A stretch of DNA of 64,000 bases from Amoebidium appalachense (GCA_963693365.1 CAVNZM010000017.1:4011375-4075374), one strand, 5' to 3'. Positions 21,075 to 41,200 are shown, counted from the stretch's first letter. A program made the numbers and translations. The notes: generated from the sequence alone by a model not told the origin.

Positions 21075-21840
21075 TGTTGGAGTACACTGGTACTCCCGGC
21101 TAGCAATGTCTGTTAGAGAAAGTTTCTGAGCAATTGAATAATTGTTTCAACACTCACTCGAGTGCATAGAGCTTTTGTTTACGGTCATATTCATATATGG
21201 TAGTTATATGTTTGAGCCAAAACTGTACCAATGACGAGCTTCATTAGCAACGTGCTAATTGTGCTCATTAATTAATATTCCCGGTTCAGATGATGTCATG
21301 TTTATATTTGCCACAGGATTCTATTCTTAGAGTGGTAGTGTGCTTTATTCCCGGATATTCTCAGAATATTTTTAGTTGTGTGAAGTAAGATTTACGTTTT
21401 AACTGCAATTGGTGTGTTAAACACGTTTATTTGTGTGCTTTAGTGCAAGTTAACTAGCCACCCAACGTGCACAGTTAACTTTTATATCTTTAACGACTTG
21501 TTTTCATTGTGCTCTCTTTTCGGCCATGCTGTACATGGCCCACCACCAGGGTGCACACGAGGCCACCATGAGGTGGCCAACGACTATATAAAGCAGTGCC
21601 TCCCATGTCACAAACATGGGAAGCAGAACGTTTGATTTACACTTTTCTACTGTCGTTTTCAGTGCACAAAACACATAGACAAGTTACCCATCATACACGA
21701 CACTATGTCTGACAACTTACAGTTGCAGCAACTAGTCCAACTACTGGAGCAGAGGTTGGCCTCACAAGATGCAATCATTTCTGACTTACAGAAGGAACAA
21801 CGTGCACTAGAACTAGCTTCTATGAACACAATGTCCAACA
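21075..21840 (+). repeat. 5' LTR
   Basis: Direct repeat of 26186-26951; TG...CA ends; TATATAAA at 21585-21592. Confidence 0.97.
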
Positions 21841-24800
21841 GGGTTATGGGCCCCTCACGTAATGATTCCATCAAGTTCAAGGTCGACATCCCTCTCTTCA
21901 CTGGCAATGATAATGATTCAGGCACGGACTACCACACATGGGCCGAAACCATGTATGTCCAGCTTTCTGGTGCTGGTCTTCTCCACACCATCGCGCCCAG
22001 TACGGAGCACCCGGCTACCCGTGAACAGGTCGACACTGCCCGTTCCTACCTGTGGCAAGCACTCTCGGTTGACGTGCGTTGTATCCTAGGGTTAACACGC
22101 ACCACCACACCTGCGGAGATATGGTCGGCCCTATCTGCCCACTACCTGGAGCAATCTGAGGCCAATCAGTACGACCTTATTGGGCTGTACATGAATTCTA
22201 CGCCTGAACCTACGGACACCGCGACGAAATACGCCATGAAACTCCGCGGCTACGTGCGGCGCCTGGCCGATTACGGCACACAAATTGGTGATGCTCAAGT
22301 GCTGACCAAGCTCACCAACGACCTCGGCAAGGTGCCTTACTACGAAATGCCTGTCATTGCCTACAAGATGACACCCAAGCCTACCGTGATGGGCCTCCTC
22401 CAACAGCTACGGGCATATGAGACCAGCCACCCACGTGCACGTGTGACTACCAGCTCCGGGCCGGCCGCCTTCACCACACGGGCTCCTCAACCTGTCATCT
22501 GCCACGGCTGCGGCAAACCAGGCCACATCAAGTCTCAGTGCCCCAACGGCAACGGCCAACACAGCAACTCTGGCAACAACCGTGCCAGCACCTACCCCAA
22601 GGGTTCCTGCGTCAACCACCCACTGTCTACCAGTCACACTACCGCCATGTGCAAGGGGGGCAACCGTGCCAACGGCCGCAAACCTAAGGGTGGTCCCCTC
22701 CCGCCTGGGTCCTGCATCAACCACCCTGCCTCTACTACCCACACTACGGCACAGTGCAAGGGGGGGCTGCCGCTCCCCGGGCTTTCCTCATGTCTAGCAA
22801 CGACTGTGGCACCAACAAGGTGCTCCTCGACTCTGGAGCCACTGACCATGTGTGCCCCCGGCCCGATGTGTTCGTCAACATGCGTGCGGCGCCTTACTCC
22901 ACGGTCCAAGTAGCCGACAAGGGTGCATGTGCAGTGCTTGGGGTGGGCGACGTGTTCTTTTCCAGCACCATCGACGGCGTTACTGCGGTGCATCAGCTGA
23001 CGGATGTACTCTACGTGCCCTCCATCCCCGACACTCTCATCAGTGTGTTCACGGCATCTACCAACGGCGTTTTACCCCGCTTTGACACCCGCGGCGGCGT
23101 TAAGTTGTGCTACGGCGATCAAATTCTGGCCACCGGCTCGGCTGTCGGCACCAAGCTGTACCACATGGCGGTGTCTCTTCTGCGCACGGACACAACCCCG
23201 GACGCCCAAACCACCACTGCTCCGCGTATCCTCAAGGTTACTGCCGACCTCAACACGTGGCACTACCGTCTGGGCCATGCTGGCATTGACGCTGTACGCT
23301 CGGTCATCAAGTCTGCAGGCCTGTTGGTGGGTGGCGGTGCCAAGTCTCCGGGTGTGTGTGAGCCCTGTGCCCTCGGCAAAGCCCACCGTGTTGCCTTCTC
23401 CGAATCAACCAGCCAAGCTCCCCGGGTCCTAGCCAAGGTTCACAGCGACATCAGCGGCCCCTTCCCTCCCGCGATCGGTGGTGCTCAGTACTTGGCGACG
23501 TTCCACGACGACTTCACCGGCCACACCACGGCCGTGCCCCTCGTCAAGAAGTCGGACACACTGGCTGCATATGTGACGTACCACAAGGCGGCGGTTACCC
23601 AACACGGTGTTCCCATGCAGGTGTTTCAGTCCGACGGGGGGCGAGTACATGGGCACGGCCTTCGGGGACTACAACCGTGAGCACGGCATTCGCCATCAGA
23701 TCACTACCACCGGCTCTCCTCAACAGAATGAGACTGCCGAACGACTGAACCGGACCCTCCTCGACATGGTTCGGGCACTCCTGCAGCTGTCCGGCCTTCC
23801 GGTGGGATTCTGGGCCGAGGCAGCTGTGACCGCGGCTTTTATACGCAACATGCTCCCGTCGCGAGCCACCGGCAGCCAATCGTCTCCCGCCCTGCTGTGG
23901 ACCGGCATTCCTCCCGACTACAGCCGGCTCCGTGTCTGGGGCTCTCCCTGCTACGTCCATTAACAGGATACACCGAAACTGGCGCCTCGTGCCGTCAAGG
24001 GCATCTTCGTGGGCTACCCTCCTAACATCAAGGGCTACAAGGTCTGGATTCCAGCAGCACACAAGATGACCGTCAGCCGTGACGTGCAGTTCGACGAGGC
24101 TGCTATTCTGCACCCCCTCCGTGATGTCCCATCTGATTGGTCGACCGCACCGGCAATTCATCATTTTTTGGAGTCATCTGATTCGTCAAATCAGCCAGCC
24201 AATCACATCGTCCGGAATGATCAGCAATCTGATTCGTCTCGTCTGTCAGCCAATGGGACAGCGCCGAGTGATCAATTGGACATTCCGATCCTGCCCGAGC
24301 CTGCACATCGGCTCCCCCGGACGACCCGTAGTGGCGCTGTGTACAACGACCCACGTCGAGGCCCGACTGCCAACGTGGCTGCTGCTACGGCCCCCCTTGC
24401 CTCCCAGGCTACGGCTCCTGCATCAACACCCATCAAGGCTTCCACCATTGTTGTCCCCAAGACTGTCCGGGCTGCACTCAAGAGTCCCCAGCGTCTGAAA
24501 TGGGAGGAGGCTGCACACCGTGAGCTCAAGGCCCTGGAAGACAACGGCACCTTCACCCTTGTGCCCCGTCCAGAGGATGGCTCCACTGTCATTCCGGTCG
24601 GCTGGGTCTTTACGGTCAAGCAGGACAACGTCGGCAACGTCACTGCTTTCAAGGCCCGGCTTGTGGCCCGGGGCAACTACCAGCAGCCTGGCCAGGACTA
24701 TTTCGTCACCGAGTCACCTGTGGCTGCGCTGGCTACCATCCGGCTGGTTTTGGCTACCTCCGTGGCCCAAGGTCTGCCTCTGCGCCACATCGACGTCAAC

Positions 24801-26000
24801 ACAGCATTCCTCAACGGCACCGTCAACGAGACCATCTACATTGAGCAGCCCCCTGGCTTCGTCAACCCCTCGGCCCCCCATGCTGTCGGCTTGCTCCACA
24901 AGGCGCTCTACGGCCTAAAACAGGCACCGCGCCAGTGGTATGAGGCCCTCCGTGACCATCTCCTCGACCAAGGCTTCATTGTGAGTGCTGCTGACCCGTG
25001 CCTGTTCATCAAGAATGCCGGGACCCCAACGTTTATTGCCCTTGCTGCCTACGTGGATGACTTCACCGTGACGGCCGCCACTGATGCGCTCATCGACGAT
25101 TTTTTCACCAAGCTGGATGCTCGTTTCTCTGCCAAGGACCTGGGTCGTCCTACCCTGCTCATCGGGCACACTCTTACCTGGCTGGAGGACGGGTCTCTGC
25201 GTCTGGGCCATCGTCAACACATCATCGACTTGGCTGCCCGTTTTCGTCTCACCCACATGTCCGGCACCAAGACCCCCATCGTCCCGGGCCAGGCCAGTGA
25301 AAGCAACAAGACCCCAGCCCACAGCAAGAAGGAGGACTATGCCAGCCTGGTCGGTGCCCTGCTGTGGATTGCGCGTACCACCCGCCCCGACATTTCCCAG
25401 GCTCTGGGAGTCCTTACTCGACACATTCATGCGCCCACCGTCACCCACTGGACTATGGCTACCAGAGTTGTAAGCTACCTGCTGGCCACCATCGACCTGG
25501 GTATTGTCTACCGTCCCGGCCCCCCCACCCTTGTTGGCTACTCCGACTCCGACTACGCCGAGGACCGCGACACCCGGCGCTCCACCACGGGCTATGTCTT
25601 CTTCATCAACTCCTCCCCTGTGTCCTGGGTGTCTCGGCTCCAGTCCATCACCACCCACAGCTCCACTGAGGCTGAATTTGTGGCCATGTCTGCTGCTACG
25701 AACGAGGCCATATGGCTCAACTATGTGATGGACGACCTGGGCCTTAATCCTATCGATGAGCCCACCCCGGTGCCCATCCATGGGGACAATGAGTCTGCCC
25801 GGGCCCTGCTGGACACCCTGGGGGTTAAGCCCAAGACCAAGCACATCGACGTCCGCTACTGCTCCGTCAAGGAACATCACCTGCTGGGCAACATCACTGT
25901 GGTCCCGGTGGCGTCTGCTGACAACAAGGCCGACATGTTCACCAAGGCCCTGTCTGCCTCTTTCTTCACCAAGGCCGTGGGGATGCTCAACATGTGCTGA
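21705..26000 (+). pseudogene. Copia gag-pol polyprotein, interrupted by two frame changes and one in-frame stop
   Basis: Gag with CHGCGKPGHIKSQC knuckle; PR LLDSGATDH; WHYRLGH/CEPC; IN VHSDISGP, SD..GEY, PQQNETAERLNRTL; RT KARLVARG, AYVDD; RNase H GYSDSDYAED, SSTEAEF, KHIDVRY, ADMFTK. Frame changes at G7 (22760-22766) and G6 (23636-23641); TAA at 23961-23963. Confidence 0.9.
21842..21853 (+). promoter_or_regulatory. Primer-binding site GGTTATGGGCCC (complementary to the anticodon arm of initiator tRNA-Met; half-tRNA priming)
   Basis: Starts 1 nt after the 5' LTR and matches the Drosophila copia/Hemivirus-type PBS rather than a TGG (tRNA 3'-CCA) PBS. Confidence 0.85.
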
Positions 26001-26185
26001 GCACCCGTCATCAACCAACTGCGCCCTCATACTTCAGGGGGGGGAGAGAGTTGCATCCGACTGTGCAACTACGTGTACCATACTAAAATTGAGTAGGGGA
26101 ATCTTTATTGTCTGTATTTTGTGCACCTGAAGCACTCGAGCTCAGTTGCATTAATTCAAACCACAATTATCCAATTGAGTAGGGG

Positions 26186-26951
26186 TGTTGGAGTACACTG
26201 GTACTCCCGGCTAGCAATGTCTGTTAGAGAAAGTTTCTGAGCAATTGAATAATTGTTTCAACACTCACTCGAGTGCATAGAGCTTTTGTTTACGGTCATA
26301 TTCATATATGGTAGTTATATGTTTGAGCCAAAACTGTACCAATGACGAGCTTCATTAGCAACGTGCTAATTGTGCTCATTAATTAATATTCCCGGTTCAG
26401 ATGATGTCATGTTTATATTTGCCACAGGATTCTATTCTTAGAGTGGTAGTGTGCTTTATTCCCGGATATTCTCAGAATATTTTTAGTTGTGTGAAGTAAG
26501 ATTTACGTTTTAACTGCAATTGGTGTGTTAAACACGTTTATTTGTGTGCTTTAGTGCAAGTTAACTAGCCACCCAACGTGCACAGTTAACTTTTATATCT
26601 TTAACGACTTGTTTTCATTGTGCTCTCTTTTCGGCCATGCTGTACATGGCCCACCACCAGGGTGCACACGAGGCCACCATGAGGTGGCCAACGACTATAT
26701 AAAGCAGTGCCTCCCATGTCACAAACATGGGAAGCAGAACGTTTGATTTACACTTTTCTACTGTCGTTTTCAGTGCACAAAACACATAGACAAGTTACCC
26801 ATCATACACGACACTATGTCTGACAACTTACAGTTGCAGCAACTAGTCCAACTACTGGAGCAGAGGTTGGCCTCACAAGATGCAATCATTTCTGACTTAC
26901 AGAAGGAACAACGTGCACTAGAACTAGCTTCTATGAACACAATGTCCAACA
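26186..26951 (+). repeat. 3' LTR
   Basis: Direct repeat of 21075-21840, preceded by purine tract gagtagggg and followed by TSD GTTAC. Confidence 0.97.
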
Positions 26952-27316
26952 GTTACTACCCCAGCCACGCCGGCAGGAGTGCTTATAATATGCCAAGATG
27001 ATGTTTTTGTCTGTCTGTTGATGGTGTTTGTGGCTGGCAGTATTGATATCCTACCGACCCTCGAAGGTGTATGTTGGAGGTTGCAAGGGCCGTGTCGTAA
27101 GACGTGACTGGTTATTTAAGAGGAGGGGGGGGGGGGGGGGGGGGGGGGGCTATTAACTCCTTTCAATTTTTTGGTGGGAAGAAAAAAATTAATATGAGAC
27201 AACTTTTAACCGGGGGGAAGGGGGAGGGGGGAGTTGGGAAGAAACAAGATGTGGTTAATATTAGTCTAGTTTGTAGTCAGGGCATTATGATGATTGCTCA
27301 TTAGAAAAATGCTGAG

Positions 27317-27358
<42 letters not shown>

Positions 27359-27498
27359 ACCCCCCCCCACCCCCCCCCCCCCCTTCCCGTCCCCAACCCT
27401 CATCATGTACCGGGTCGTGATGATGTGATTACTCACTTCATATAAGGGCAACTCCGTTATTTGTCAGTGCCTTTACATGTAACAGTTTAAGTACACAG

Positions 27499-28005
27499 CC
27501 TCAGGGGAAATGGCAGTCAATAGAATCGAAGCAGCGTGCCCATGGGAGGAAGGGCAAGAGGTTTTTCGAGTGGAATCTCGGTATAAGGGGTGAGCTCTCT
27601 TGGGCCAGCGGGGGGGGGGGGGGGGGGGGGGGGGGGAGGGGGGGAGGGGGGAGGGGCAGAGGAGGGGAGGGGGGGGGGGGGGGGGGGGGGGGCGGTCTTG
27701 AGAGAGATTCAATGTGTGATGTATGTGTATGTGGAGTTGAGGTGTAAGTAAGCCCATGTTGCTTGTTAGGGTGACCCGGAACAGAGAGGAGAAGGACAAA
27801 GATTTTGTGAGTGCAGTTACAAGTGTCAGTTAAGAAAGCAGAGGACGGCAGATGAGAGGTGGCTGGCGAGGGGGTGTTGTTTAATACTCGTGTTTGTGCC
27901 TGTGGGTGGGAGAAAAGGGGCTTTAGTAAGGGGCAGATAGAAAGGTTTTTTGTATATGTGTGCGTGGCACGTCTGTGTGGGTATGTGTGCATGTGTGTGT
28001 GTGTG

Positions 28006-28068
<63 letters not shown>

Positions 28069-28349
28069 ATGTGTGTGTGTGTGTGAGGGGTCTTCGCACT
28101 ATGGGGCTGGGAGAAGTTTGGGTAAGCACTGAGATATATATAGCTCAACAGGGTTGACTTGGAAGGAGGTGACGCGAATAGGCAACTGCGTGCAACAACA
28201 ATAAATTTTGAAGGCGTAGTCAAAACATTTTATACATCAACGCTCGGGCTGTTATTTACATTTGATGTTGGAAAACTGTTGGGAGAAAATGTAACGAAGC
28301 GAGGGCTCGCGCAGGGTAACCAATTGGTTGATGCAATGGGGACTCTGAG
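27499..28349 (+). pseudogene. Two phase-compatible orphan exon candidates of an unknown, probably disrupted gene
   Basis: cag|27499-27589|gtgagc and cag|28152-28349|gtgaga splice in frame (SGEMAVNRIEAACPWEEGQEVFRVESRYKG-VDLEGGDANRQLRATT...DAMGTL), separated by a typical G-run/(GT)n intron. No recognisable family. Confidence 0.35.
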
Positions 28350-28400
28350 GTGAGACTGTGGAATTCTTGTCATGCAATCATGATCGAGCTGCGGTCATCG

Positions 28401-29087
28401 TCAGGGGCCCCAGCCTGGCCCAGCCTCACTTGACGGCCGGCTATGTTTTCCAGCGCAGCCAATCAAATGCAGCCAGTGACGTATGTACACCCGTACGGTA
28501 CGCAGTAATACAACCCTAGCATGGGTAGCTCCGGGAGAAAGTTAAGACACCGTATTACAATATCATACTGTGCAGCATTAATAAGGTGATCTAACACTGT
28601 CATTTTAAAATTTGTGGCGGATATATTGAGGAAGAGAAGCAGAAAAGAGAATAAAGCCGCCCATAACCTCCGGTTCTACCACGTTAGCTAAGAAGTAACA
28701 CTTCTGCATAGATATGCATCCGCGAGTAAACCGCCCCCCACACATATATATTCAATGATGCGAGCAGGAGACATCAAAAAACGAATACACCGCTATACCA
28801 CACAACATCATGAATAAACAAGTCTATGTATGAACGAGACGCTCTAACTGTATCCGCCACAGGCTACTAGTAGTTGGTGTTTTTGCTGTCCTAACACTGA
28901 AAGAGGCTCGACACGTAAAGTAAAAAGGTACGTATCAACTTAAAACTATTCATATTCACACTACTAATGTCTATGATCCAGCCGTACCTCCGGTGGGGTC
29001 GCCAGCCACTCCGCATATCGCTCGACAACGGGCAGAGACGTTGCGGAAGGGAAGAGGTAGAGGGGCGAGCCCGGCGGGGAGGCGTGT
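28401..29087 (-). mobile_element. Decayed copy of a dispersed repeat, probably the 3' end of a non-LTR retrotransposon
   Basis: Reverse complement aligns colinearly, with indels, to about 59450-60179 (shared blocks tggctggcgaccccaccggaggtacggct, gcaaaaacaccaactactagtagcct, tagatcaccttattaatgctgcacagtatgatattgt, gctgcatttgattggctgcgctggaaaac). Confidence 0.75.
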
Positions 29088-29088
29088 T

Positions 29089-29187
29089 AAAAAAGTTGGA
29101 ACGATTCACGTTTTTGCGTGAGGGCCTTGCGCAGGGGCCATGCTAATCTTCTCCGTATCGTTCCAATTTTAGTAGATGAGTACACCC
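29089..29187 (-). ncRNA. U6: U6 snRNA-derived sequence (variant or retro-pseudogene)
   Basis: Minus strand reads ATCTACTAAAATTGGAACGATACGGAGAAGATTAGCATGGCCCCTGCGCAAGGCCCTCACGCAAAAACGTGAATCGTTCCAACTTTTTT, a clear U6 core with a T6 tail. ACAGAGA box reads ACGGAGA, ISL ATGA reads CCCT, and there is no complete 5' stem-loop. Confidence 0.92.
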
Positions 29188-29877
29188 GTTTTTTTAGGAC
29201 CAAGTTCTGGTTGGGGAGGGGGGAGGGGAAGCTTGCAACTAACTTCTTTAGAACTTCCAGAATTATTTTTCACTGTGACAACTCTAGACAAATAAACCTT
29301 TTGAAAGCCTTTTTTTTTTTTTTTTGTTTTTTGTTTTTGCAGTACTGTATGTACCATACCTACATGTAACCGTTTCACCGGGAGCCCCTCCAGTGAATGT
29401 TTTGCATGTTTACCTGCATGTTTACGCTAACATACCACAAGTAACCGGCGGCTTCTCATTGGCTGCATTTCCAGCAGTTAAAATCTGCTATTCCTATTGG
29501 AGCTTTACGCACCCATCGGAATGCAGAACAAGTCCATGTCGCTTAATCAAATTAACCTTGTATCAGGTAGTGTCAGGTCGCGCGGGTATCCGATAGTCAG
29601 GTCGCGCGGTGATCCATTAGAAGTCGCTCTCCTGCGGTGTCAAAAGACATTATAGGCTGTCACTTTTTGCATGCGTTCTGCGCTATTTACTGCTTTATAA
29701 GAAGCAGCAGAAACTGTATAGCAGGCTAACGTGGTGCGTATATGCATGTACACTAAGTACCTGCAGAAGTGTTGCGGGCATAGTAGATGGACTATCCGAA
29801 TCTGGTCTCTCTCCACTGAACAAAAACCAAAACCATTCCTCCCTCCGACCGTCGAACACGCAAAAACAACACCAACC

Positions 29878-38940
<9,063 letters not shown>

Positions 38941-39705
38941 AGCGGCTGCGTCATTTTCCCCCGCTTTTCCCCTCGGATTTTTGGCACGTTTTTTTCGTGC
39001 ATGGGTTAACGGATTTTTGGCACATTTTTTTTGTGCATGGTTTCAGACTTAGGTTTGCCACACTGTCCGTTATTTTGGATTTAAGTTTCGCAAGATTTAT
39101 TTTCGCAATAGCGGGGAAACCATTATGCTGCCGAAACAAGTGTGGATGTGTGCAACGTATATGGTACTTATTTAAGAGCAATTCATTTATACCTTATTTT
39201 TTATTGTCCATAGCATTATCTCATGGCTTAGATGTAAACTAAATGTGGTTACGTGGGCGCCAAACTTAGACATGTTAGAGAGGGCCGTGTATGATCTAAA
39301 GGACCCCGGCTGGTAATGTCATGATGCATCTTTGGAATCCTGTGTGTGCTTATACGTTAGAAAAGGCATCCGACCTTGCCTAATATATAATTTATATACG
39401 ACTTACCCTGTATAAGAGACCTGCGGTACGGAAATACAAACTTCTCTTCCTGTAGCATATGTACTTTTATATTTATATATTTATTGGTTACCCGATATGG
39501 GCTCTACGATAATCAAATTCTAGAAATGTTGGTAACCTAATCACCGGACCGACATCCACCCCACCATTTTTACCCCCATTTACCCATTAAACTTAACCAA
39601 TAATTTTTACCACTAAATTTTCGACTTCCCGCAACACAGAGTAAGTAACGTACCACCCCTATAAACAAAATTTCAAGTCCCTGTCTCTCCTTCCTGCCCC
39701 CCCCC

Positions 39706-39736
<31 letters not shown>

Positions 39737-40012
39737 AAACACACACCCGAAAAAAAAAAGAAAAAAACAAAAAAAAACACGCCATGTGCACCACCATTAC
39801 CACCACCATCACCCAGTGATCACTAAACACCAAATCCGGCCCACAACCACCCCATTAATATTATGTCGTTCAAATGAGGCGGTATTAGTTGAATATTCGA
39901 GGTAGGTAGCTTATGCATAGGCAACTGGGAGCTGGGGACGGGACTGTGAATGGCTTCGAAACCCCCCCCCCCCCCCCCCCCCCCTCCGGGCCCACCCCCC
40001 CACCCACCCACT

Positions 40013-40083
<71 letters not shown>

Positions 40084-40487
40084 ACGCCCTCAGCCCACAC
40101 CACCTTACCTCCAGGGGCACTGCCTTAATCAGACGATGTTGCATGCTTTGTTGGCACCTAGAAGGCTTCTGGATATCTGTTATTTTCGGTGTCCGTCTCG
40201 AGTTTGTACCGTTCACGGGTACCACATTTAAAATCCAGCCGGAGGCTTGATACAGGCCTTCAACTCATTGACCCTCTGATTAGCTGAAAATGTGGCAGGT
40301 ACTGAAAACAAAAGAGCATGGTATTGGTGTGTGTGTGTGGGGGGGGGGGGGGGGGGGGGGGGGGGGAGGGGGGGGGGGACGGTTCATCTCTTTCAGTCGT
40401 AAATTTTTATATAATGGATGGGTAGGGACAGAGTCTATGTGTGTGTGTGTGGGGGGGGGGGGAGGGGGGGGGAAGGGGGGATGTGTT

Positions 40488-40550
<63 letters not shown>

Positions 40551-40611
40551 ACGGTGTGTGTGTGTGTGTGTGTGCATGTGCGGTATGTGTTTGTGACCCC
40601 GAGGCGGAGAG

Positions 40612-40626
40612 AAAGAGAGAGAGCGT

Positions 40627-40666
<40 letters not shown>

Positions 40667-40667
40667 T

Positions 40668-40719
<52 letters not shown>

Positions 40720-40757
40720 TGAAGAGAGAAAGAGAAAAAGAGGGGGGGGGGAGAGGG

Positions 40758-40823
<66 letters not shown>

Positions 40824-40889
40824 GGGAGAGGGGAAGAGAGAGAGAGAGGGGGGGGGGGGGGAGGGGGGGGGAGAGAGAGAGAGAGAGAG
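40612..40889. repeat. (GA)n / G-run compound microsatellite
   Basis: Directly visible; representative of dozens of simple repeats across the window. Confidence 0.9.
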
Positions 40890-41200
40890 CAGAGCCACTA
40901 GTGTACTCAACACATTCGATGATCTACTCGACTTAATTCATGACTTGGCAATCCAGCGCTTTGACCGATTCGCATGCCCCAATCATATTTGTTCTTTGTA
41001 CAATTGTGTCCAAGTTGTCATATGATTATGATGATGAGAACTGACTAAACCAGCGACATTACAAGCGCAAGAACTTGAATGATTCACTATACCTGTATAC
41101 GTAGCTTTAGGGTTGTGCAAAAATACCTACATATCATATTAAAGAAACAGCAAATGTTTGATGGAGAAAGCTTCCATCCCATTAAGCTCTATGTCACAAA

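Larger units (their letters stand above)
21075..26951 (+). mobile_element. Full-length Ty1/copia LTR retrotransposon (Hemivirus-type PBS), recent insertion
   Basis: LTRs 21075-21840 and 26186-26951 (766 bp each, TGTTGGA...TCCAACA, no mismatch seen by eye). 5-bp TSD GTTAC at 21070-21074 and 26952-26956. PBS at 21842, PPT before 26186, domain order gag-PR-IN-RT-RH. Confidence 0.97.

Noticed and set aside
24915-26030. 371-aa minus-strand ORF
   Set aside because: Antisense shadow of the GC3-rich RT/RNase H frame; no recognisable motifs.
38975-39042. Twice-repeated gcac...gtgc hairpin in the subtilase 3' region as a SECIS or other regulatory element
   Set aside because: Short tandem duplication without a SECIS core, and the gene has no in-frame UGA.
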